Shown: positions 26,008-35,887 of the stretch, piece by piece
Layout of the letters: the number at the start of each line of letters is the position of its first letter
How positions within the stretch are numbered: the stretch's first letter is position 1
IMG/VR virus record: IMGVR_UViG_3300045988_160201
Strand: one strand, 5' to 3'
DNA from: a virus
Length of the DNA stretch: 62,291 nucleotides
Made by a program: the position numbers and the translations under genes
Notes under the pieces: model-generated
Told to the model about the DNA's origin: nothing
Databases searched by the model: none
Seen by the model: the letters and a program-made list of their open reading frames with translations, nothing else

Positions 26008-29000
26008 ATGGAAAGATTTGATTCTTGCTTTCATCCTCATCATGCATGTGATCCTCATCCGAATGAATATCATGAAAATATTCATTATACGCCTGATCAG
26101 ATTAATGCATTGCTGGGGCTTATTCCTTATAAGGCGGACAGAGCCGAAGTCCCTAAAATGGAAACGTTGAACGATGTCAATTATATAGGTCATGTGGCAA
26201 CTTCTGAAGCGTTGCCGGACAAGATGGAACAACCGTCATGGGCACTTGTCGGTAGTGTGAAGAAAACAAAGCCGTATTTCTACTATGTTGAAGGATTTGT
26301 TCCTAAAGGATATCGGGCCGGATGGAATGATTTGAGCGGTGTTCTGGGAACTTATGATCTCACAGTCGATAAGGTGAGCATCTTCGATTATAATCTGCTG
26401 ACTGAATATAATGTAAGCCGTAATCATACCCAAGATACCCGGATATTCTCACATGATTGGAAGGAACAGAGATATTTCAGTGCATTTCCTGATTATGTTG
26501 AAGGGAAGAAATACAGACCCTGTGATCGTGTCAACATGCCGGGGTACACAAAAACGTCATTTGTAGCACAACGAAGCACGTCCGAGGCCCCTTTTGTTGT
26601 AAAGAAGAGCAATGTGTTTACTTTTGAAGATGCCATAGCGCTTGTACCGGAGGAATACAGAATACCCGGCATGAAGGTCACGTTTGTTTCTGCTTACACC
26701 AATCAGGCTGAAACATGGTATTTTAAGGGAAATTCTGCTTCGCTTTGGAAAGACAAGAAAAGCTGGTGGAAGATTGATTTAGAGGCGGAGCGTAATGAGA
26801 TTCATGCTGAAGAGGTATTCATTCAGAAGATGGAAGCACCGGAGATGGTGGCTGATAGGGCCATAGCGGATGAGAACGGCAACCGTATACCGGACACTTA
26901 TCTTACACGCAAAGCTGTCAGACGTCACATTGAGGATACATTCAATGATATGTTCATTGATAATCCTCCTACCGTGATGGACGGGATGATAACGCCCGAG
27001 ATGCTTAGTGAATCCACCAAACAGCTTATCGGTAACAAGAGCATAACCAATTTTGCGGATGATGAGGATATTACATCGGTTCACGGTCAACTGAAACTGG
27101 CTAATAAAAGGTATGATCCGAATAATTACTCAGGGAAGGGAAGATGTTATCTGCGCAAGAATCTTGTGGCAGGGCGAAATATTCTGACCCAGTCCATGAT
27201 ATGTTGGTCTGATACGATTTATGTCATACAGTATGATTATGATTTGGAGGGGAAAACTATCACTATTCCGTCAAAATGCACTTTAGATTTTCAAGGAGGG
27301 GGATTTAGTAATGGTACTGTCGTTGGCGACAATACCAAAATTGAAGCAGGACTGGAAAAGATATTTGGTGCTATAACAATAAATGGTAGCTGGGATGTGG
27401 CGGCAGCTTGTCCTGAGTGGTTTGGGGCACTTCCAGATGGAGTACATGATTGTACTGAATCTATACAGGATACCATTAATAATTTTGATATTGTTAAATT
27501 AAACAATGGAATTTATTTTATAGGTAATACGATTCAGGTAAGAAGTAATATTACTTTGTTTGGAGAAAAAGGTAAAACTATCATAAAATCTCCAACTACT
27601 AAGGAGTTTGATGTAAATGATTTACCAAATGCGAATACCCTTCCTTATATTTTTTACTCTGAAAAAGCTGTGAAAGTTCTATTTAGAGGGCTTTCTTTTA
27701 TATTGGGGGATTACTATAATGGTATAGGTTTTAGGCAAAGTGTCAATGGGGATACGGATGAGTGGGACGCTAAAATATATGTAGAAAACTGCCATTTTGA
27801 GCATGGGTATAGAGCTGTAAGTATTGAAAGGACTTATAGAGAATGTAGAATAATAGATTCTATCTCATATTACGCATGCGGTGACTATGCTTTTTTTATG
27901 GAAGGAACTGATAATTCTATTCATAATAGTACGGTTGGGAGTTGTCAACAAGGAGGTATTTATTTATCTCAAAATTCAAGAATGTCTAATTGTAAAGTTT
28001 TTGTTGCCAATAAAGCCTGGAGATATAAATATGATGCTGTTACTCCTAGAAGTAAATACGCAGTTTATGTAAGTGGCAGTTATTGCAATGTAACAGGCTT
28101 GGATATTCAACAAAATTGTGCAAATGGTATTTATGTGGGAGGACATGATAATTATATTCAAGCTGTTCTGAATGCTAATGGGTATCAAAGAGATAAACAA
28201 TCCTCAATATTATGTGCTAATGCTGTTTTGAAGTGTAGTAATAGTATATTAATATTTACTTCAACCACAGGCTTTTTAAATAGTTATGTATCTCATTATC
28301 TATATTCTGTAGGAAGCCCAGCTTATGCTGTTAAAGGTAATTATATAAATATAAATACGCATGATGAACCAGGAGAAGATACTCCTTATGTGTTAAGCAA
28401 TTTTTCAGCTTTTAATAATATAATATTTAATGGAGCGAATATAACTAAATGCCATAATCTTCCTGAGGATTTTGTTAAAAACAACATTCATTCAGAAAAT
28501 GTATCTAGGGGAGAAAGAATGTATGTTACAGTTGGTGCTGGCAAAGCGGTTTCTTTTGATTTGGATGTTACAACTTTTATCACACAATATACTGTTATAC
28601 ATCAGTATTTAACTTTTATAGTTAATCCGTCATTAGCAGTCGTAGATACGCCCTTGTATGAAGTTGGAAGATATAAATTAATAGTAAATGTTGACAACAT
28701 AGATTATACTCTGAAAACCGATATGTTCCAAAACGGGTTAGTATCAATAGAATCTATTAAATATTTATACGATATAATACCGGACCCGAAGGATTCACAG
28801 TGTAAATTAAGATGGGAATTAGCAAATACAAGTAAATCCGCTATAAACTTGGCAATTGATTACCCTATAATTGAAATATATAAAAATAATACAGGTTATG
28901 GAAGCAGTTATGAAACTAATATTATTCCGACGGATTTGAGTAAAGATTTTTGTAAGGATAAGAAGGGAATTTATGGGAAAGTTGCAGATAATACTTATGA

Positions 29001-29856
29001 TATTAATTTGGGGATTATAAGGTTTAATAATGCAATTTCTGATCCTCCGGAATCTTATGAATACATTAAGATAACTAAAGTTCCGACAAGCGGTTTTCGT
29101 TTTTTATATTCGACATATAGGATATTAACCGAATATTCTTTGCTATATGTAGATAATAAATTGTATATACTATCTGATAGATACGATACTGGCAATGATT
29201 CTTTTTTAAATATAAGATGGATATTTGACCCTGTTTCTTATACATTAGACATTTGGATTAAAGTTTCTTCAAAATATGGCAAATTGATAGTGAGAGATAC
29301 CAAATGGGCTACTCTTAACACTTATGAGTGGTTCCCTAAAAATACAGATCCATATCCGGTAGAGGCTGTTGATGCTGAATTTATTACCTCGGATATACTT
29401 ACTTTGCCTGATACTTTAATTGGGATAAAAACCTATGATACGTTTGGAAATATATTAACTTGGTCTAAGTCTGATTGGTTAAATCCTGACGGAACTTTAG
29501 TGACAAAGGTTGTTTTCGCAAGTAAATTAAATGATTTTATTAAAAGTAATACTATATATAATATTATCAGATATATAGATTTGGAAGGAAAAACTCTTAC
29601 TGTTCCTGATAATAGCGTGCTTAATTTTATTGGAGGTACTATTGGAAATGGAACTATAATTGGAAATAAAACTAAAGTCATAAATCTAAATGTTGATAGA
29701 ATTGTTTTATCAGGGACTTGGTTTGATTCAGGAATTACTTCTAATAGACCTACTAATGTTTTAGTAGGATTTCAATATTTTGATAGTACATTGTCGAAAC
29801 CTATATATTATAAAGGTAATAATGAGTGGGTTGACGCTACTGGGGCGACAGTATAA
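26008..29856 (+). CDS. Tail fibre/tailspike 1 with a right-handed beta-helix (depolymerase-like) domain (1282 aa)
   Basis: GALPDGVHDCTESIQDTINNFDIVKLNNGIYFIGNTIQV is a pectate-lyase-type N-cap. The C-terminal motif is SNRPTNVLVGFQYFDSTLSKPIYYKGNNEWVDATG. Confidence 0.75.
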   Translation: MERFDSCFHPHHACDPHPNEYHENIHYTPDQINALLGLIPYKADRAEVPKMETLNDVNYIGHVATSEALPDKMEQPSWALVGSVKKTKPYFYYVEGFVPKGYRAGWNDLSGVLGTYDLTVDKVSIFDYNLLTEYNVSRNHTQDTRIFSHDWKEQRYFSAFPDYVEGKKYRPCDRVNMPGYTKTSFVAQRSTSEAPFVVKKSNVFTFEDAIALVPEEYRIPGMKVTFVSAYTNQAETWYFKGNSASLWKDKKSWWKIDLEAERNEIHAEEVFIQKMEAPEMVADRAIADENGNRIPDTYLTRKAVRRHIEDTFNDMFIDNPPTVMDGMITPEMLSESTKQLIGNKSITNFADDEDITSVHGQLKLANKRYDPNNYSGKGRCYLRKNLVAGRNILTQSMICWSDTIYVIQYDYDLEGKTITIPSKCTLDFQGGGFSNGTVVGDNTKIEAGLEKIFGAITINGSWDVAAACPEWFGALPDGVHDCTESIQDTINNFDIVKLNNGIYFIGNTIQVRSNITLFGEKGKTIIKSPTTKEFDVNDLPNANTLPYIFYSEKAVKVLFRGLSFILGDYYNGIGFRQSVNGDTDEWDAKIYVENCHFEHGYRAVSIERTYRECRIIDSISYYACGDYAFFMEGTDNSIHNSTVGSCQQGGIYLSQNSRMSNCKVFVANKAWRYKYDAVTPRSKYAVYVSGSYCNVTGLDIQQNCANGIYVGGHDNYIQAVLNANGYQRDKQSSILCANAVLKCSNSILIFTSTTGFLNSYVSHYLYSVGSPAYAVKGNYININTHDEPGEDTPYVLSNFSAFNNIIFNGANITKCHNLPEDFVKNNIHSENVSRGERMYVTVGAGKAVSFDLDVTTFITQYTVIHQYLTFIVNPSLAVVDTPLYEVGRYKLIVNVDNIDYTLKTDMFQNGLVSIESIKYLYDIIPDPKDSQCKLRWELANTSKSAINLAIDYPIIEIYKNNTGYGSSYETNIIPTDLSKDFCKDKKGIYGKVADNTYDINLGIIRFNNAISDPPESYEYIKITKVPTSGFRFLYSTYRILTEYSLLYVDNKLYILSDRYDTGNDSFLNIRWIFDPVSYTLDIWIKVSSKYGKLIVRDTKWATLNTYEWFPKNTDPYPVEAVDAEFITSDILTLPDTLIGIKTYDTFGNILTWSKSDWLNPDGTLVTKVVFASKLNDFIKSNTIYNIIRYIDLEGKTLTVPDNSVLNFIGGTIGNGTIIGNKTKVINLNVDRIVLSGTWFDSGITSNRPTNVLVGFQYFDSTLSKPIYYKGNNEWVDATGATV

Positions 29857-29879
29857 TAACGATAATTAAAATAAAAGCC

Positions 29880-30110
29880 ATGTTACAAGGATATCAAATA
29901 AGAATGCTAGAAGAGTATAAGCAACTTAATGACCGGGTAGAAAAGTTGGAGAAATTCATCAATGAATCTCCAGTGTTTTCTAAAATGGAAGTGCATAAAC
30001 AAATACTTCAGCGTTGGCAACTGTCGGCAATGAAATCATATCGTGATGCCTTAAAGAGAAGATGTCTGGCAGAAGGATTTTCTCCGTTGACTGGGGATGG
30101 TCTGGAATAA
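29880..30110 (+). CDS. N4 gp49 / Sf6 gp66-family-like small protein (76 aa)
   Basis: The pattern MLEEYKQLNDRVEKLEKFINESPVF...QILQRWQLSAMKSYRDALKRR matches my recollection of the Phage_gp49_66 family. Confidence 0.55.
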   Translation: MLQGYQIRMLEEYKQLNDRVEKLEKFINESPVFSKMEVHKQILQRWQLSAMKSYRDALKRRCLAEGFSPLTGDGLE

Positions 30111-30142
30111 ATGTTAATTCTATAACTTTTTTAAAAAACATC

Positions 30143-33100
30143 ATGGAAGATAACAACATACAAGATTCTTGCTGCAACAGCAAGTATGCAAGTATCAGGC
30201 AGATGGACAAGCTTGATGAAATGTTGGGAAGAAGATTCCCTTTCTATCCTCGTACAGTGATACAGGCGGTACATGACGGAAGAACCGGCGCGTCGTTGGA
30301 AGCGATACTGGCACAGTATAACAATATTTATGTGCAGTATCAGGGTACAGCGGGACGTACGAGAAATATTGTTCCGAAAGAAATGAGGCGTAAGGGGATC
30401 ATCATATCATACGTGGATATGCAGGGGAATGCCATAACCGAGAAATGTGTGAATGATGCACAGAGGGACAACTTTCACTGGGGGCTTGATGTCAACTGGG
30501 TACGTGTGGACGAACTAACACTCTCTGGAGATATTTCCGTATCGGTAAAAGGCACATGGGTGATTAACGGTGAGGATACCGGCATAGCTGCTTTGGGGCC
30601 CAAAGGGGATAACGGACTTACCCCGTGGCTCAAAACGATAGATAACAAGCTTCACTTCTCCTATGATAACGAGACATGGGAGGTGTGCTCGGATTACATT
30701 GCAGCTTATTTCCGTTTTCAGGATAACAAATTCCAGATATCGCGGGATAACAAAACATGGTCAGATCTTAGCGGAGAAGTTACAAACAGTTTGTCTATTA
30801 AAGCCTATGTAACAGATAAATCACAATATCCTAATCCTAAGCAGGGTGATATGATTATGGTGGGACCTACCTATGCGGACGATGATACCGAACATACCAA
30901 GCCCATCTACCACCTGAATATTTATAATGCCGAAGGATGGATAGATAATGGCCCGTTCCAGTCCATCAATGCCGGTGTGGTGCAGGAACTGGGGAATAGC
31001 GAAACTGAAGTCATGTCACAGAAGGCTGTAAGTGAGAAATTTTCCGAGTTAGAATTAAAAACAGATTTAGTTTTTAATTCTACAAAATTAATCAATACTA
31101 CTACCCCACCGCTATCAAATATCGGGGAAGGTTATACGGCTGCTGGAAGTACGGCTGGCAATGGATGGTCTAAATCTGATTTTATACCTATTAATTATGG
31201 CGATAAGATAGAGTACAAGCTTGATGGGTGGCAAAATTTCTGTATAATAGCATTATTTAATGCTAATAAAGAAAGAATAATCGAAGGGCAGATAGTAGGG
31301 AAAACAGGAATTTTTAGTGGCTCTAACAATTTTGTCTCGGGCGTTTTTGTTAATACTGACAATAATGTAAAGTTTGCGATAGCTCAGACAAGACAAGAAA
31401 CTGTGGGTTCTGTATCTATTAAAGTTACTAATTACACGGATGATTTTATTAATAAAGTTGAGTTTGAGGCTTATAAGAAAGAAAATGAAAATGGGGAAAA
31501 AGAACTAACAGAAAGTATTGCACAGATAGACGGAGTGTTATATTCTAATGAGGAGGATAATATAATTATCAACAATTCATCTGGTAATGGTATTGCCTAT
31601 TCAAACGGTAATAACGCTGGTAGTGGTCATTATGTAACAGAAAAGATAGCAGTATTTGAAGGGGATAGAATTGATTATACCTTATCAGAAGCAAGTAATT
31701 TCTGTATGATTGGCGCGTGGAAAAATGGGGTGTATTCTCAGTCTGATTCAGTTGCTGGAATTGCGTCTTTAACGAGCGGTACATATATTGTACCCAAAGG
31801 AATTACAGAAGTTAAACTTGGAACAAACGTATATCAAGGGGCAACAGCCAAGATTATAAGAAAAGAATTTAGATTTGCTACAAAAGAAGAATTTACTAAA
31901 ATTAAAAATATAAAACCATTCAACACAGATATAGATGAACATCTAATTGATGAGGTGTGTGGAAAATTCTATGGAGAAAGAGCTATTGCCCATAATAAGT
32001 ATATGACTTCTGCAAGTAAGATTGTATATGTTGATACAGTTGGAGGTAACGATGATGATAATGGATTGTCTCAAGATACAGCTGTAAAAACTCTTACAAA
32101 AGCAAATGAAATACTTATAGATGGTGACACTCTGTTAATAAAAAGAGGTAGTGTATTTATTGCCGAAGAAACTATTGAAAAAAATGGCATTATCATTGAT
32201 TGTTATGGTGACCCTACAAAAGAAAAACCAACTTCATACAACCTTATCGATGTAACAAATTCTACAAATATAGAAAAAGTAGTTGGTTATCAGAATATAT
32301 ATAGAATTGCATGGGAAAACAAAGGCGCAAGTGGAAGTGACAGAGCTGCAATACAAGTATTTGTAGATGGGAAAGCCTGTGGGGACTGGACGATATATAC
32401 AAGATATGCTCCAAGCGACTATGACGTAATAACCCAAGAAGGAGCAATGAAGTATCTTGATGAAAATGTAGATGACGCTGCGTGGTGCGATGCTTACTTA
32501 AACAATGGGTTCAGTAATGGATGGGAACCTGGAACAAATTATATATACTTTGCAGTATCATTTGACGCAACAGACCAGGCAACGCTAAATAATCGCAAGA
32601 TTCAAATCACAAGAAGTGTAGGGCAGTTGGTTAAGTTTACAGGAAAAGATACCGACTTGCGAAACTTTATATGGCAAACAATATGCTTTAATGTAGTTGA
32701 CCCGTGTAAATTTAACGAAAATGTAGAATTATACAATTTTGTAAGACATGGATTCCATTATGAATGTTCTTGGTTTATGAACTGCAAAACAGATGTTTTG
32801 GAGGGTATTGGTAAACATTATCATTATCAGCCTAAGAACGACCAAACGTATTATGAGGAAATTATAATTTTTGGATGTAAGGCTATGAGCCGAAGACAAG
32901 ACAGAAAAGGCGAGTTATTTGATGGGCATGGAACTAATACGTCTACTCCCGTTGTAACATATAATAGGGCATACGTTATTAATTGTTATGCAGAAAACTT
33001 ATTATATGCGTCAGATTCTCCCAATATAGCTAATACCTATATTAAAAATCTTGTATTGAAAGATTGTGCATCTATATCAGTTTATAGAAATAATACTATA

Positions 33101-33628
33101 ATAGACGGTGTTTTTGGAACTCTAAATCCTATATCTAACACTCCAATAATAACCACTCCGTCAAAAAATGGAAATGGTTTATTGAAGAACGTACATTTAA
33201 ATATAAATTCTGAAAATGGCGGAACATATTTAATGTATGATACTGGATATAACAAAGAATACGGTAATATGGTGTTTGACGATGTTTGTCTGTTGGTGCG
33301 TAAAAAAGCTGAAAATGCAGGGAATTATGAATTGTCAACAACATTTGCATTTTGGAATGGCAATTCAAATTTCAAATTTAAAGGATGCACATTTGCCTGC
33401 AAGCACGACAGCGGTGTTAAAGAAAATTTCGCAAGAAATACGGATGATACGACAGATTTTTCATTAATGCAATTTGAAGATTGCATAATTGCAGGTATTG
33501 TAAATAATAAAAATTTATCTAATGATGGTATAACTTGGATTGATAACACAGATGATTTGTTCTTGTCAGAGTATCTGCCAAGGCTTATGTACGTTAATGG
33601 AGGATTAAGAATTTTAAAGAACTTGTAG
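30143..33628 (+). CDS. Tail fibre/tailspike 2 with a beta-helix domain (1161 aa)
   Basis: It has a conserved-looking N-terminal anchor and a short collagen-like GPKGDNGLTPW. The entry to the beta-helix is IVYVDTVGGNDDDNGLSQDTAVKTLTKANEILIDGDTLLIKRGSVF (DUF1565-like). Confidence 0.75.
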   Translation: MEDNNIQDSCCNSKYASIRQMDKLDEMLGRRFPFYPRTVIQAVHDGRTGASLEAILAQYNNIYVQYQGTAGRTRNIVPKEMRRKGIIISYVDMQGNAITEKCVNDAQRDNFHWGLDVNWVRVDELTLSGDISVSVKGTWVINGEDTGIAALGPKGDNGLTPWLKTIDNKLHFSYDNETWEVCSDYIAAYFRFQDNKFQISRDNKTWSDLSGEVTNSLSIKAYVTDKSQYPNPKQGDMIMVGPTYADDDTEHTKPIYHLNIYNAEGWIDNGPFQSINAGVVQELGNSETEVMSQKAVSEKFSELELKTDLVFNSTKLINTTTPPLSNIGEGYTAAGSTAGNGWSKSDFIPINYGDKIEYKLDGWQNFCIIALFNANKERIIEGQIVGKTGIFSGSNNFVSGVFVNTDNNVKFAIAQTRQETVGSVSIKVTNYTDDFINKVEFEAYKKENENGEKELTESIAQIDGVLYSNEEDNIIINNSSGNGIAYSNGNNAGSGHYVTEKIAVFEGDRIDYTLSEASNFCMIGAWKNGVYSQSDSVAGIASLTSGTYIVPKGITEVKLGTNVYQGATAKIIRKEFRFATKEEFTKIKNIKPFNTDIDEHLIDEVCGKFYGERAIAHNKYMTSASKIVYVDTVGGNDDDNGLSQDTAVKTLTKANEILIDGDTLLIKRGSVFIAEETIEKNGIIIDCYGDPTKEKPTSYNLIDVTNSTNIEKVVGYQNIYRIAWENKGASGSDRAAIQVFVDGKACGDWTIYTRYAPSDYDVITQEGAMKYLDENVDDAAWCDAYLNNGFSNGWEPGTNYIYFAVSFDATDQATLNNRKIQITRSVGQLVKFTGKDTDLRNFIWQTICFNVVDPCKFNENVELYNFVRHGFHYECSWFMNCKTDVLEGIGKHYHYQPKNDQTYYEEIIIFGCKAMSRRQDRKGELFDGHGTNTSTPVVTYNRAYVINCYAENLLYASDSPNIANTYIKNLVLKDCASISVYRNNTIIDGVFGTLNPISNTPIITTPSKNGNGLLKNVHLNINSENGGTYLMYDTGYNKEYGNMVFDDVCLLVRKKAENAGNYELSTTFAFWNGNSNFKFKGCTFACKHDSGVKENFARNTDDTTDFSLMQFEDCIIAGIVNNKNLSNDGITWIDNTDDLFLSEYLPRLMYVNGGLRILKNL

Positions 33629-33659
33629 AGTAATTAGAAAAGTTTTTTTTGTAAATAAG

Positions 33660-33692
33660 CCAACTGGCGCAGTCTGCCTCTGCGCCAGTTGG
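33660..33692. terminator. Bidirectional terminator (13-bp stem)
   Basis: ccaactggcgcag/ctgcgccagttgg with loop tctgcct, flanked by T/A runs. It lies between convergent genes. Confidence 0.8.
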
Positions 33693-33725
33693 TTTACGTT
33701 TTAATATATTCCTAATATTTGTTGA

Positions 33726-34244
33726 TTAGTTGAAATTAAATAATTTTTCAAAGTTTCCATCACTAAAGGCTGTTTCTAAGTTGTGTATCTTTTCGTCTCT
33801 TCCCTCTTTTAAAGAGGTTATATGTAGGATGTTTGCTGCAACATCCCAAGTCTCTAATCCGAATTTATTAAGATACTCTTCTACTGCTTTGTCTATACCG
33901 TCAAAATCATTTGTAGTGTCCAATCCTGCTACAATAATTGCTTTTTTCTCTGCACTGACACCAATACATTGAATGGAATCAAGTCCTTTTTGCTTTACCC
34001 TATAGTAGTTGAATACAGTTGTCTCTTTACCGTTTTCTTTCACTATCTTTTTCATGAAAGGTAGCTCTGGAGATTGTTCTGGTAAAACTACTAAATCCCA
34101 ATTTATAGTTATTGTTTTACCTGGAACTTCAGTGAATACAGTATCAATATCATCCATATTGCTTGAAGAAACTGTTTTATTAGCTTTATTGCCACAACTA
34201 GCAAATACAGCTAAACATGATAAAAATAAGAATACATTTTTCAT
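33726..34244 (-). CDS. Lipoprotein (172 aa), a moron and superinfection-exclusion candidate
   Basis: MKNVFLFLSCLAVFASCGN carries a signal peptide plus lipobox Cys. AT-rich. It has its own promoter. Confidence 0.65.
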   Translation of the reverse strand: MKNVFLFLSCLAVFASCGNKANKTVSSSNMDDIDTVFTEVPGKTITINWDLVVLPEQSPELPFMKKIVKENGKETTVFNYYRVKQKGLDSIQCIGVSAEKKAIIVAGLDTTNDFDGIDKAVEEYLNKFGLETWDVAANILHITSLKEGRDEKIHNLETAFSDGNFEKLFNFN

Positions 34245-34273
34245 AATTATTAATTTTAAGATTTTCATAATCG

Positions 34274-34281
34274 CAAATATA
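34274..34281 (-). promoter_or_regulatory. TAnnTTTG -7 box (TATATTTG on the minus strand) embedded in the palindrome ATCGC-N7-GCGAT
   Basis: Plus strand reads caaatata inside atcgcaaatatagcgat (34270-86). It lies 30 nt upstream of the ATG at 34244. Confidence 0.4.
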
Positions 34282-34597
34282 GCGATTTGTTCATGAATGT
34301 AAAATATTTGCATGGAATTTTGTATCTTTGCATCGCACATAGCGATGTGCATCAGGATTTGGACGGTTCCGATATAGTTTCGGGCCGTCCTTTTTTGTTT
34401 TCACACTGGTTGGTCTTGTGTATGTTTATCCAATATGTGACAAGGGCGGCTGTCTTTCCCGGATTGCCGCCCTTCCTGTTCAATAATGATTAGTAATCAG
34501 GTATAACAAAGGTATACAAAGATATAAAACAATCTTATTAAAAACAATCGGTAATGTAAAATCTTGAGATTTACATTGTAAATTACAATTATATGCG

Positions 34598-34605
34598 TAT
34601 TTTTG
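34598..34605 (+). promoter_or_regulatory. TAnnTTTG -7 box (TATTTTTG), candidate promoter of the acyltransferase gene with a long leader
   Basis: Read directly. It lies about 260 nt upstream of the ATG at 34868. Confidence 0.3.
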
Positions 34606-34867
34606 TGCAAAAAATATAAAGTATATGAAAAGGTTGGTTATAGCTTCATTGTTTCTGTTTCCTTTTTTGCGACAAATGCTGTGGGATGGATAGATGTTTA
34701 AGATACATGAAAACTATGAGTCTTTTTCTTGTTTTCTATGGGATGAAATATTACTTCCCTAGCTGGATATATGTTTGTTATACCATATATAAAGAATCTG
34801 AATAATGTGATTGGTTTGATTAGCCTCTCCCGAGCTATTGAAAAGTTGAATTAAATAAATTACTGTT

Positions 34868-35851
34868 ATGCTACAAAGATTAGAAGTTATTGATTTTTTG
34901 CGAGGATTCTCTATTTTTACCATTGTGTTAATGCATTTGTTGCAAAGTTTTCCGATAAGTCCGTTCTTAATGGCTGCTTCATCTTTTGGTGGGGCAGGAG
35001 TACATGTATTCATCTTATGTAGTGGATTTGGACTTTATTTATCATATTTAAACAGACCGCTTACTTATATTCAATTTTTGAAACGACGTTTTTTGAAAGT
35101 TTATTTGCCGTACATAATAATTATATTGATAAGTGCTCTGATTCCTTTTTATAATACCTCATCGGATAAACTTCTCCAAGTACTTAGTCATGTATTCCTT
35201 TTTAAAATGTTTTTCAATGATTTGGAAAGTTCTTTTGGATTGCAGATGTGGTTTGTTTCAACAATTATTCAGTTTTATTTGTTATGGCCTTTGTTGTTGA
35301 AACTATTTAATAAATCTACGGGGGTGATTTATGCTTTGCTGATAAGTCTGTTATGGACTACTATTGTAGCGATGCTTGGGAAAAGCGATGTGCGTGTATG
35401 GAATAGTTTCTTTTTACAATATCTTTGGGAATTTGTTTTAGGTATGTATTTAGCTAAATGCTATAAACTTAATGCAAAAATAGTCAATTCGTTGAATTTT
35501 AATATATTAGTACCTGTCTGTATAATATGTGTTGCTCTTACAGGATTTGCTGGAATAAAAGGAGGCATTTGGAAATTATATAATGATATTCCTTCTATGA
35601 TTGGATATTTGTTTGCGTTGTTGATTATATATAAATTACATATAAAACCTATTAATGGCTTATTTATGTTTACTAATAAGATTTCTTATGAATGGTACTT
35701 GGTGCATATACTGGTCTTTAGTTGTACTTTTTATTATTTGTATAAGTTGGAAACTTTTAGTATGGTAGTAATAGCTGTCATTTCATTTATTCTTTCGTAT
35801 GTTGTGGCTTGTTTATATCATTGGATTCTTGGTAAGATGAAGGTATGTTGA
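34868..35851 (+). CDS. Acyltransferase family 3 (OafA/YrhL-like O-acetyltransferase)
   Basis: The N-terminus LEVIDFLRGFSIFTIVLMHL is typical of Acyl_transf_3. About 10 TM segments. Confidence 0.8.
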   Translation: MLQRLEVIDFLRGFSIFTIVLMHLLQSFPISPFLMAASSFGGAGVHVFILCSGFGLYLSYLNRPLTYIQFLKRRFLKVYLPYIIIILISALIPFYNTSSDKLLQVLSHVFLFKMFFNDLESSFGLQMWFVSTIIQFYLLWPLLLKLFNKSTGVIYALLISLLWTTIVAMLGKSDVRVWNSFFLQYLWEFVLGMYLAKCYKLNAKIVNSLNFNILVPVCIICVALTGFAGIKGGIWKLYNDIPSMIGYLFALLIIYKLHIKPINGLFMFTNKISYEWYLVHILVFSCTFYYLYKLETFSMVVIAVISFILSYVVACLYHWILGKMKVC

Positions 35852-35887
35852 AATAATAAGATTCATTATAAACAATAAGATCTTGGT

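Noticed and set aside
33726-34493. Long form of the lipoprotein ORF (start 34352) and plus-strand ORFs 33730..33972, 34009..34296 and 34287..34493
   Set aside because: The Met at 34244 gives a canonical signal peptide right at the N-terminus and leaves room for the -7 box at 34274-81. The plus-strand ORFs are antisense or intergenic with implausible translations.
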